DNA of 64,000 bases from an uncultured Actinomycetota bacterium (GTDB taxonomy: Bacteria > Actinomycetota > Acidimicrobiia > Spongiisociales > UBA4744): the NCBI GenBank assembly GCA_963717135.1, contig CAVQVN010000009.1, forward strand, positions 632,269 to 696,268. The letters run 5' to 3'. Shown here one piece after another: positions 28,948 through 37,390 of this stretch. A program made the position numbers and the translations under genes. Position 1 is the stretch's first letter, and the number at the start of each line of letters is the position of its first letter. A model generated the notes under the pieces. The model saw only the letters and a program-made list of their open reading frames with translations. It did no database searches and had not been told where the DNA came from.

Positions 28948-30081
28948 GTGCCAAAGATCGTCAACTCGTGGAACGAATGGAGCCGTCTCAAGCGAGTCAT
29001 TGTCGGGAGAGCCGACGGGACGATGGTGCAGGCGCCCGAGCCTGCCACGGTGCGCGATTGGCCTCAGTGGGGATTCCCCAAGGGGACCTACGGTCGGTTG
29101 CCGCAGGACATGGAAGACTCAGCCAACGAGCAACTGGACAATTTTGCGGCACTCCTGGAATCTCACGGGGTGGTCGTCGATCGGCCCGAACCGCTTGATT
29201 TCTCCCAGAAGGTCTCCACCCCCGACTGGAAGCAGGATTCGATGTTCGGAGTCATGCCGCCGCGTGACCTGCTACTCACGGTCGGCAATGAGATCCTCGA
29301 AGCGACGATGTCGCAGCGTTCTCGATGGTTCGAGTACCTGGCCTACCGACCTCTTCTCCAGAGCTACTTCGAGCAAGATCCGGAGTTCCGATGGGAAGCC
29401 GCCCCCAAGCCTCGCCTGACCGACGCCTCCTATGTCGACGGCATGGATTTCTGGGAGTACGCCGAGTCCTTCAGCGACGAGGAACAGATCGAACGGTTCA
29501 CCAAGAAGAAGCAGTGGAACCTAACGGAACACGAGCCGCTGTTCGACGCCGCCGACGTTGGGCGATTCGGGAGAGATCTCTTCGTGCAGCGATCCACCGC
29601 TACCAACGGCGCCGGGATCGATTGGCTGCGGCGCCACTACCCGGAGCACCGAATCCACGAGGTCCTCTTCTACGAAGCCCATCCGATGCACATCGACGCC
29701 ACATTCATCCCGCTGCGGCCGGGCCTGGCTTTGAGCAACCGGCAACGCGTTCCGATGACCGACGAAATGGTCAAGCTGTTCGAGATGAACGACTGGGAGA
29801 TAGTGCCGTGTGCGGAGCCGGCCCTCTCGGAGAAGCCGCCACTCTGCTTCTGCAGCGTGTGGCTTTCGATGAACACCCTGTTGCTCGACGAAAACACCAT
29901 ATTCGTGGAGGAATCCGAAAAGGCCCAGCAGCAGCAGTTCTACGAACTCGGTTTCGAGGTGATCCCCGTCCCCTTCTGGGCGGTCGGACCTTTCGGTGGA
30001 GGCTTGCATTGCGCCACCGCCGACGTCTATCGCGAGGGGAAGATGGAGGATTACTTCCCGAAGCAGATTCCCGGTTATTGA
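28948..30081 (+). CDS. Amidinotransferase (glycine/inosamine amidinotransferase family), paralog 2
   Basis: 377 aa, roughly 55-60% identical by eye to paralog 1 over the full length. Same C-terminal …GGGLHCATADV…EDYFPKQIPGY. Confidence 0.85.
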   Translation: MPKIVNSWNEWSRLKRVIVGRADGTMVQAPEPATVRDWPQWGFPKGTYGRLPQDMEDSANEQLDNFAALLESHGVVVDRPEPLDFSQKVSTPDWKQDSMFGVMPPRDLLLTVGNEILEATMSQRSRWFEYLAYRPLLQSYFEQDPEFRWEAAPKPRLTDASYVDGMDFWEYAESFSDEEQIERFTKKKQWNLTEHEPLFDAADVGRFGRDLFVQRSTATNGAGIDWLRRHYPEHRIHEVLFYEAHPMHIDATFIPLRPGLALSNRQRVPMTDEMVKLFEMNDWEIVPCAEPALSEKPPLCFCSVWLSMNTLLLDENTIFVEESEKAQQQQFYELGFEVIPVPFWAVGPFGGGLHCATADVYREGKMEDYFPKQIPGY

Positions 30082-30087
30082 GAGCCA

Positions 30088-30112
30088 TCAGTTGTCAGTC
30101 GTCAGTTATCAG
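30088..30112. repeat. Tandem heptamers cagttgt/cagtcgt/cagttat immediately after stop codon
   Basis: Seen directly. Related to the tracts at 9834-9865 and 33340-33376. Confidence 0.35.
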
Positions 30113-30122
30113 GAGGGTCACC

Positions 30123-31457
30123 ATGAGTAGACGCAAGGTAATCATCATCGGAGCCGCCGGCCGCGACTTCCACAATTTCAACACTCGCTATCGCGACGAC
30201 GAGTCGGTCGAAGTCGTGGCTTTCACCGCCGAGCAGATCCCGGGAATCGAGGGCCGCACGTACCCCGCCGAGCTGGCCGGACCGCTCTATCCGGGCGGCA
30301 TCCGGATCTACGCCGAAGAGGAGCTACCCCGCCTCATCGATGAGCTGGACGTGGATGAGTGTGCGTTCTCCTACAGCGACGTCTCCTACCAGCACGTGAT
30401 GGGGGTCTCGGCCATCGTTCAAGCCGCCGGAGCGTCCTTCACGCTGCTCGGACCCGGCGATACTCAGATCAAGAGCATCAAACCGGTGATCTCGGTATGC
30501 GCCATCCGGACCGGCTCGGGCAAGTCCCAGACCTCGCGCAAAGTCGTCGAGACGCTGATGGCCAAGGGCCTCAAGGTGGTCGCCATCCGCCATCCCATGC
30601 CCTACGGAGATCTCTCTGCCCAGAAGGTTCAACGCTTCGCCGAGCTGGCCGACCTCGAGAAGCATGATTGCACCATCGAGGAGATGGAGGAGTACGAGCC
30701 GCACATCGTGCGCGGCAACGTCATCTACGCGGGTGTGGACTACGAAGCCATCATCCGGGCTGCCGAGACCGACCCGGATGGCTGCGATGTCATAGTGTGG
30801 GACGGCGGAAACAACGACTTCTCGTTTTACCAAGCCGACCTGGCCATCACCGTCGTCGATCCGCACCGACCCGGCCATGAGCTTCGCTACTACCCCGGTG
30901 AGGTCAACCTCCGCACCGCCGATGTCGTCGTGATCAACAAGATCGATTCGGCCGATCTGGCCGGAATCGAAACCGTGCGCCGCAACATCGCCAAGGTCAA
31001 CCCAACCGCCAGGGTGATCGATGCTGCGTCAACGCTGCGACTCGAAGACCCCTCGGTGGTAGCCGGCCGGCGGGTGCTGGCGATCGAAGACGGGCCGACT
31101 CTGACTCACGGAGAGATGAAGATCGGCGCCGCGGTGGTGGCCGCCACCAAGTACGGAGCGACCGAATTCGTTGATCCCCGCCCGTTCCTGGTCGGGAAGC
31201 TGAAGGAGACCTTCGAGATCTACCCCAACATCGGAACGATCCTGCCGGCCATGGGCTACGGCGAAGAGCAGCTTCGTGACCTCGAAGCAACCATCAACGC
31301 CGCCGATTGTGACGCCGTCGTGATCGGCACTCCGATCGATCTTGCCCGGATTGTGCACATCGAAAAGCCCCACACGCGCGTGTTCTACGATCTGCAGGAA
31401 ATTGGCGAGCCGACTCTGACCGGTGTGCTCGAGGACTTCGTCGCCAAACTGGGATAA
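30123..31457 (+). CDS. P-loop-containing protein resembling the cyclic 2,3-diphosphoglycerate synthetase (cPGS) family (assignment tentative)
   Basis: 444 aa from ATG 30123 (AGGAGGG RBS). N-terminal KVIIIGAAGRDFHNFN Rossmann-like segment and P-loop-like AIRTGSGKSQTS. The family is recalled from memory, not verified. Confidence 0.55.
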   Translation: MSRRKVIIIGAAGRDFHNFNTRYRDDESVEVVAFTAEQIPGIEGRTYPAELAGPLYPGGIRIYAEEELPRLIDELDVDECAFSYSDVSYQHVMGVSAIVQAAGASFTLLGPGDTQIKSIKPVISVCAIRTGSGKSQTSRKVVETLMAKGLKVVAIRHPMPYGDLSAQKVQRFAELADLEKHDCTIEEMEEYEPHIVRGNVIYAGVDYEAIIRAAETDPDGCDVIVWDGGNNDFSFYQADLAITVVDPHRPGHELRYYPGEVNLRTADVVVINKIDSADLAGIETVRRNIAKVNPTARVIDAASTLRLEDPSVVAGRRVLAIEDGPTLTHGEMKIGAAVVAATKYGATEFVDPRPFLVGKLKETFEIYPNIGTILPAMGYGEEQLRDLEATINAADCDAVVIGTPIDLARIVHIEKPHTRVFYDLQEIGEPTLTGVLEDFVAKLG

Positions 31458-31527
31458 CGTGAACCAGGTTGGTCGGTGGACCGTCGCCGGCCAACCTCTT
31501 GGTCGAGACAACAGATGGAGGGGTGAC

Positions 31528-33339
31528 GTGGCGACAATCCTGAAGCCTGCGACCGAATTCGAAGTGAGCCGGTATTCCGTTGACCTGACCGATCAGACGG
31601 TACGGCATGAGACCGTCCGGTGCGAGGATCTCGAGGATGCTCTGGGTGGGATCGCCCGGGCTACCAAACTGCTGGCCGACCTCACGGTCGAAGATCCGTA
31701 CGATCCGGCGGCGCCCCTCGTGATGAACCTCGGGCTCTTGAGCGGAACCCAGGTGATGACCGGGTTGCGAACCTTCTTTCACGGCTACTCGCCTCTCAAA
31801 CAGGCGGTGAACGGCCAACCCGGGCTGATGTGGTCGGCCGGGAGCGGACATTTCGGCACCAAACTGCGCGGACTCGGGATCGACGAGGTCATCTTCACGG
31901 GCCGAGCGGACCGGCCCACCCTGCTGTATCTAGCTCCCGGCGGCGAAGAGGGGTCCGCTCACTTTCAATTCCTCGACGCAACCGACCTCACCGGCCGAAC
32001 CGTAAACGACCGGATTCAGGACCTGCACGGTCGGTATCCCGAGGCGCATTTCGCGGTGATCGGCCCGGCCGGGGAGCACTACGAATCGGTGCGCTTCGCC
32101 TCGATAGCCCTTTCCACGGACAATCAGCTGGAGAGCGGCGACGGCAAGCCCCGCTTCTGCGGGCGAGGCGGCTACGGAGGGGTGATGGCATCCAAGAACC
32201 TGTGGGCCATTGCCGCCGACGGGCCCAACCCGCCGCGGGCTCGCGGCCTGAAGGAAATCAACCGGGAGATCAACCTGGGCGAAGGCAGTGCCCGTTACCG
32301 GGACCTCGAACACGATCGGGGCGGCACCTGGCGAACTATGAAAATGATGCAGGAAGCTCAGTCGCTGCCCGAGTTCAACTTCGCCCCGACCGGCACCGAC
32401 GCCTCAGTTCCGCTGCTCCGGCCCAGCGTTGAGGAAGGACCCTACGTCGTGCAGGCGGAGGGGTGCTACCTGTGCGGGATCAAGTGCCACAAGAACGTTT
32501 TCGATCGGCTCGACGATGGCGAAGCCGGCACCTTTCGAGCCAAGGTCGACTTCGAGCCCATCACTCTGCTGTCCTCCAACCTGGGAATCTTCGATCCCGA
32601 TGTGGCGTTTTCCCTCATCGAGCTCACCGACGAATTGGGCATGGACTCGATCTCACTCGGTGTCACGCTGGGTTATGCGATGGATAACAACCGCCGCACC
32701 GGATCCCGCCTCCTCGGGGGACTGGCATTCTCCGACCCGGCCGGCGTCACCGAGGCGATCCGGGCGGTGGCCGCCGGACGGCTGCCCGAGTTGGGACAGG
32801 GTGTCAAGCGGCTGTCGGAGCAGGCGGGAGAAACCGCCTACGCCATGCATTCCAAAGGACTCGAGTATCCGGCCTACCAGCCGCACACGAACCCGGGATT
32901 TCCGTGGGCCCTGGCCGGCGGTCACATGTCGATGCGGACCTTTTTCCTCTACGTCATCGAGCGCGAGACCGGGGTTGATTACTGGGTCGACGCCATCACC
33001 AACCGGGGGCCCCTCTACTTGATGGACGACATCACCGGGCTGTGCAAGTTCGCCAATGTCGGTCCCGACTTCGAAGCCGAGGCGCTCCGGATCGCCACGG
33101 GTTTGAATATCACCGGCGAGCAACTCGCGGCGACCGTGATGCGGACCTTCCTGCGCGGCTATGCCTGTGAGCGACGATCCGGATTCGGCACCGACGACTA
33201 CCGGCTGCCCGCGGCAGCCCACGAGCCGATGGAGGGTTCCAACCTGCCGCACTTCAACACGTCCGAGTTCTTCGAAGAGGTGCAGTCGCGGGTGATGGAA
33301 ACCCTAGACCACCGCGCGGTCGAAGCCGGATTCATGTAG
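31528..33339 (+). CDS. Aldehyde:ferredoxin oxidoreductase (AOR) family tungsto/molybdo-pterin enzyme, copy 1
   Basis: 603 aa from GTG 31528 (GGAGG 6 nt upstream). AFOR_N-like start (ATILKPATEFEVSRYSVDLTDQTV…), GRGGYGGVMASKNLWAIA block, and CYLCGIKC (C-x2-C-x3-C), the [4Fe-4S] ligand spacing of AOR. Confidence 0.8.
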   Translation: MATILKPATEFEVSRYSVDLTDQTVRHETVRCEDLEDALGGIARATKLLADLTVEDPYDPAAPLVMNLGLLSGTQVMTGLRTFFHGYSPLKQAVNGQPGLMWSAGSGHFGTKLRGLGIDEVIFTGRADRPTLLYLAPGGEEGSAHFQFLDATDLTGRTVNDRIQDLHGRYPEAHFAVIGPAGEHYESVRFASIALSTDNQLESGDGKPRFCGRGGYGGVMASKNLWAIAADGPNPPRARGLKEINREINLGEGSARYRDLEHDRGGTWRTMKMMQEAQSLPEFNFAPTGTDASVPLLRPSVEEGPYVVQAEGCYLCGIKCHKNVFDRLDDGEAGTFRAKVDFEPITLLSSNLGIFDPDVAFSLIELTDELGMDSISLGVTLGYAMDNNRRTGSRLLGGLAFSDPAGVTEAIRAVAAGRLPELGQGVKRLSEQAGETAYAMHSKGLEYPAYQPHTNPGFPWALAGGHMSMRTFFLYVIERETGVDYWVDAITNRGPLYLMDDITGLCKFANVGPDFEAEALRIATGLNITGEQLAATVMRTFLRGYACERRSGFGTDDYRLPAAAHEPMEGSNLPHFNTSEFFEEVQSRVMETLDHRAVEAGFM

Positions 33340-33376
33340 TTGTCGAACTCGTAGCTCATAGCTCGCAGCTCCCGGC
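33340..33376. repeat. Short tandem heptamers (ttgtcgaactcg tagctca tagctcg cagctcc) in a 37-nt convergent intergenic spacer
   Basis: Seen directly. Shares the TTGTCGAAC(A)CTCG core with 9834-9865. Confidence 0.35.
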
Positions 33377-35311
33377 TCACCTCTCGAATCCCATCCGGCG
33401 AAGGCCTTCGACCACGCGACCATCATCAAGCAGCTCCCGGAGAGCGGCGACCGCCGGGCGATCCCAACGCGGTTCGGGAACGGCAAAGTCGAACTGCTCG
33501 TCCTGTAGGAAGCGGAAGGTCAGTCCGGCGGCTTCCGCTACCGTGTCGAGGGTTACTCCCCAGTCCGCTCTCCCCTGCTCGACCGCCGCCACCACCGCGT
33601 GGTGGGTCCTGGGTTGATGCAGATACCCCTCGGGCCTGCTCCCGTCGAGTAATTGATCGATGAGAACCCGGGTTCCACTACCCGGGTTCCGGTTGACCAT
33701 CCGGTACGGACCACTTCGGAGGATTCCCGAGAGGTCTTCACCGTCGGCTTGTACCAGTTCATGGTCGTCGGATCGGAAGACGATCCCCTGGCGCCGCCGG
33801 TATCCGCGCAGCAGCCGAACCCCGGGCGGCAAGAAGGGCGTGTTGTACTCACCGGTCTCCTCATCCATCAGGTGGATACCGGCCAGGTCGGCCTCTCCCC
33901 GGCCTACTGCGGTCAGACCACCGGTGGATCCCACCGGCACCATCTTGACGCGGTATCCCCGGTCGGCCAGCCGGCCGAGCAGATAATCCAGACCGACACA
34001 GTGACTCCCGATGACGACCAGGTCGGCCGGACGCAACTCTGGATGCAGCAGATGGACCTCAACCAGAGCCCCCTCATCGATGAACTCCGTCGAGTCGGGG
34101 ATCCGGATGAAACCATCCGCCCGTCCGAACGCGGTCACGCTCCCCGAACCGGCCCCCTGGGGGTAAGCCGCCAGACCGGTAGGTCCCTCCACCAGGTCGA
34201 CCAGGTTGTACTCGGTCCTCCCGGGGGCCGAGGTGATGCGCAAAGGCACGGTCGCTTGCACGATCCCCCGCTCGCCGGTGGGCAAACCGGCCAGCCGGCG
34301 TAGCAAGGGCGCTACGAACTCGTGAAACGTAAATATGGCGGAGGTAGGAAAGCCGGGCAGCACCACCACCGGAATCCCCGAAACAACCGCCAGCAAGACG
34401 GGCTTGCCCGGCTTGAGAGCCACCCCGTGCACAACGATGCCGGCGGAATCGGGCAATCGTTCCGCCAGCTTCTGCACCACGGTGGAGTTGAGATCTCCTT
34501 CCCCCTTGGACGTTCCGCCCGACAACAGCACGACATCCACAGCCTCGGGCCCGGAGACCAGCCCCTCAATCGTTCGCGAGAGCAACGCCTCGTCGTCGGG
34601 AATGATCCCCCCCGCCACCGGCCGGCAACCGAGTTCGGCAACTGCGTCCGCCAGCATGCGCTGGTTGGAGTCAAATACCTGGCCTACTTCGAGAAGCCGT
34701 CCCGGTTCCACGATTTCGTCACCGGTCGACACCACCGCCACCCGCGGGCGGGCGATCACGTCGACCTGGACGACCCCGATCGCCGCCAGCACGCCGGTCT
34801 CGCGCGAACTGAGGTGGGTACCGCGCCGCATCACCGTATCGCCCCGACCGATATCGGATCCGGCGAAAGTGATGTTCCCACCCGGAACCGCCGGTCGGAC
34901 CACTCCGATGCCGTTCGGGTGGGGTTCGGTGTGCTCCACCATCAGCACTGCGTCCGCCCCCCGCGGGACCACTCCGCCGGTGGCCACCGCCACGGCCTCC
35001 CCGGAACTCACCTCGAAACCCACCGGGGGTGCTTGCCCGGCCACGAGCGAGATATCTGCAACAGACAGCACGATCGGGGCCAGTTCCTCGGCCCCGAAGG
35101 TGTCTTCGGCCCGCACGGCATACCCGTCCATGTTGCTCCGATCGAAAGCAGTTACATCGACGCCGGAGACGACATCGTCCGCCAGAACTCGCCCCAAAGC
35201 CGAATCCAGGCGGATGGTCTCGCGGCGCGGCCGCAGGTGGGCGCAGGCGGCCTCGAATCGCCGGTGGGCCACCGATTCGTCGACCACATCGAGAAACTGT
35301 CTCTGTCTCAT
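33377..35311 (-). CDS. Molybdopterin molybdenum/tungsten-transferase MoeA fused to a C-terminal periplasmic-binding-protein-like (oxyanion-binding-like) domain
   Basis: Start at ATG 35311 (ATGA overlap with the upstream gene). MoeA blocks (FDRSNMDGYAV, GGTSKGEGD, …GLPGFPTSA…) followed by ~190 aa of PBP-like domain (…MVPVGSTGGL…). Confidence 0.8.
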   Translation of the reverse strand: MRQRQFLDVVDESVAHRRFEAACAHLRPRRETIRLDSALGRVLADDVVSGVDVTAFDRSNMDGYAVRAEDTFGAEELAPIVLSVADISLVAGQAPPVGFEVSSGEAVAVATGGVVPRGADAVLMVEHTEPHPNGIGVVRPAVPGGNITFAGSDIGRGDTVMRRGTHLSSRETGVLAAIGVVQVDVIARPRVAVVSTGDEIVEPGRLLEVGQVFDSNQRMLADAVAELGCRPVAGGIIPDDEALLSRTIEGLVSGPEAVDVVLLSGGTSKGEGDLNSTVVQKLAERLPDSAGIVVHGVALKPGKPVLLAVVSGIPVVVLPGFPTSAIFTFHEFVAPLLRRLAGLPTGERGIVQATVPLRITSAPGRTEYNLVDLVEGPTGLAAYPQGAGSGSVTAFGRADGFIRIPDSTEFIDEGALVEVHLLHPELRPADLVVIGSHCVGLDYLLGRLADRGYRVKMVPVGSTGGLTAVGRGEADLAGIHLMDEETGEYNTPFLPPGVRLLRGYRRRQGIVFRSDDHELVQADGEDLSGILRSGPYRMVNRNPGSGTRVLIDQLLDGSRPEGYLHQPRTHHAVVAAVEQGRADWGVTLDTVAEAAGLTFRFLQDEQFDFAVPEPRWDRPAVAALRELLDDGRVVEGLRRMGFER

Positions 35312-36813
35312 CCGGCAGCCCATGAGTCGTAGAGATGAACCTCCACCTCGGCTCCCTCCGCGTATCCCTCCAGACCGGCCGGAACCACCACAAACCCGGA
35401 CGCCCGGGTCACCGAGGACAGAACCGACGCTCCCGAGATGGCGAGAGGACGAACCCCGTCGCCCTCGATCTGGACCCGGGCGTAGTCGGTACGGCCAATC
35501 TGCGACACCAGACGTTTGGCAAGGGGCAGGCGGCGGGAGAGGTACGGCCACGCTTCCGGCAGCCCGCCCAACCTCCGGATGACCGGTCCCGCAAAGAAGT
35601 CGTATGCCACCAAACAGGAGACCGGATTGCCCGGCAGGATCAGCACCGGCCGGCCACCGATCCTTCCCACCCCGGTCGGCGAGGAGGGTCGCATGGCCAC
35701 CCCGTGGATAACCAACTCGCCCAGCTCGTCCACCAGCACGGGAACACGATCTTCGGCACCTACCGAGGCCGCCCCGGCGGTCAAAATGACGTCTGTTCCG
35801 GAGCGAGCGAGCGCCTCGCGCATCGCCTCCTGATTGTCGGGGAGCCGCACGACTTCGGCCTGCCCCCCGTCCCGCTCGATCAAGGCGGCCAACATCGGCG
35901 AGTTGCTATCAACGATGCTGGTGCCGTGCGGCTGTTCGCCGGGAGCCACCAGCTCGTTGCCCGAGACGATCACCAGTACCAGCGGTCGCCGAACCACCGA
36001 AACCGGATGATGTCCGATCGATGCCAGCAAGCCAACGTCCTGGGGCAAGAGCCGGCGCCCGTCGGTGAGCGCGAGGTCGCCGATCTCGATGTCCTCGCCG
36101 ATCCGCCCGACATTCCGATCCCGAGCGACCGGAGCCCGGACCTCGACAATTCGATCCCTTTCGGTCGTATCCTCGGCCCGCAGGACCGCATCTGCTCCTT
36201 GGGGCAGCGGGGCGCCGGTCATGATCCGCATCGACGAGCCCCGCTCCACCGAGATGTCGGGCGTAGACCCGGGAAGGGACTCGCCGATCACCGTCAGGTG
36301 TACCGGCGAATAGGCCGAAGCCCCATAGGTGTCGTCGGCCTGCACGGCATAGCCGTCCATGGTGGCCCGGCGAAAGGCCGGGACGGCCACCCGGCTGATC
36401 ACGTCGCCTGCCAGAACCCGGCCGGCCGCCTCCCCGACCGGGACCGTTTCCGGGGGAAGTCGTTGGACTCCGGCCAGAGCGGCGCTCCGGGCTTCCCCCA
36501 CGGTGGCCCGGTGTCGGAACCCGCGCATCCGAACGTCTTCGGCTCCACCGACGACATTGATGATCACCTCGAGCCGATCGTCCGGTCCGACCGACGTGCC
36601 GGCCTGAACATCCCGCAACACCTGGCGACCGTTGTGGAATAGGGACAGGTGGGCATGCAGGAGACCGTCGGTATCGAACAGGCGAAGCTCCAGGTCTGGA
36701 TGCGCGGCGGTCGCCGCCCGGAGGGCCGCCGTGACCGTCGGGGCGTCCACCTCGAGGTATTCATAACCCGATGCATACTTGCGCAGCAGCTTGGGAAGAC
36801 GCACGGTCACCAT
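35308..36813 (-). CDS. MoaD/ThiS-like β-grasp domain fused in-frame to MoeA (molybdopterin metal-transferase)
   Basis: N-terminal ~85 aa (MVTVRLPKLL…VIINVVGG) is MoaD-like, including the Gly-Gly. It continues without a stop into MoeA blocks (FRRATMDGYAV, …LTAGAASVGAEDRV…, GNPVSC). Start at 36813 or 36822 (uncertain). Confidence 0.75.
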   Translation of the reverse strand: MVTVRLPKLLRKYASGYEYLEVDAPTVTAALRAATAAHPDLELRLFDTDGLLHAHLSLFHNGRQVLRDVQAGTSVGPDDRLEVIINVVGGAEDVRMRGFRHRATVGEARSAALAGVQRLPPETVPVGEAAGRVLAGDVISRVAVPAFRRATMDGYAVQADDTYGASAYSPVHLTVIGESLPGSTPDISVERGSSMRIMTGAPLPQGADAVLRAEDTTERDRIVEVRAPVARDRNVGRIGEDIEIGDLALTDGRRLLPQDVGLLASIGHHPVSVVRRPLVLVIVSGNELVAPGEQPHGTSIVDSNSPMLAALIERDGGQAEVVRLPDNQEAMREALARSGTDVILTAGAASVGAEDRVPVLVDELGELVIHGVAMRPSSPTGVGRIGGRPVLILPGNPVSCLVAYDFFAGPVIRRLGGLPEAWPYLSRRLPLAKRLVSQIGRTDYARVQIEGDGVRPLAISGASVLSSVTRASGFVVVPAGLEGYAEGAEVEVHLYDSWAAG

Positions 36814-36823
36814 GCCGGGCATC

Positions 36824-37390
36824 CTACGAGGAGCGTCGCGCGATTCGCCGGGCATACAGAGCGCCACCGGCGCGCCACATCGCCCACCCCAGCATTCCGC
36901 CGGCGGCGCCAAAGACGAGATGGTTGGCCAGGGCGCCCAGAAAGCCGAATACCTCGACGCGCCGCAGTATGTCGGAGATCCAGGCGTTGGCGAACACAAA
37001 TCCAAACTTGGCGAGGTGGATGACGACCCCGGCCAAGGATGCTCCCCACAGGCGTCGCATGGGCAGACGCAGCAGCGTCCCGGAGTCCAGGAGGCTTCCG
37101 GCCAGGCCGTACAGCATCATGTTGTAGCCAATCGAATGGCCCACGCCGATCGGGACTCCCCACAGTCCCATCGAAAGCCCGGCCACCGTGGCCATTCCGG
37201 CGCGCCCGTTGAGCAGACGGCCGGAAACCAGCACGGCAATCCACCCGACCCCGGCGTGGCCCGGGATGCCCAGGTGGAAGTCCAGATATCTTTTGGCGAG
37301 GGTTGCCACCAAGCCGACGGCCACTGCCAGGACCAGGTCGACCGAAAGCGATCGCGGCCGGGTTGATCTACTTCGAGCGAGTGTCTGCAT
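36824..37390 (-). CDS. Hypothetical integral membrane protein
   Basis: 188 aa, 5-6 predicted hydrophobic helices. Located inside the AOR-2 / moeA operon. No family recognised. Confidence 0.45.
   Translation of the reverse strand: MQTLARSRSTRPRSLSVDLVLAVAVGLVATLAKRYLDFHLGIPGHAGVGWIAVLVSGRLLNGRAGMATVAGLSMGLWGVPIGVGHSIGYNMMLYGLAGSLLDSGTLLRLPMRRLWGASLAGVVIHLAKFGFVFANAWISDILRRVEVFGFLGALANHLVFGAAGGMLGWAMWRAGGALYARRIARRSS

Noticed and set aside
29325-30122. Upstream part of ORF 29325-31457
   Set aside because: Overlaps the amidinotransferase-2 gene in another frame. A strong RBS and an ATG at 30123 define the real start.
33553-35594. Several plus-strand ORFs (33653-34303, 34322-35332, 34335-35582 and others)
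   Set aside because: All are antisense to the MoeA-fusion genes and compositionally biased (Pro/Arg/Thr-rich). There is no independent evidence for them.
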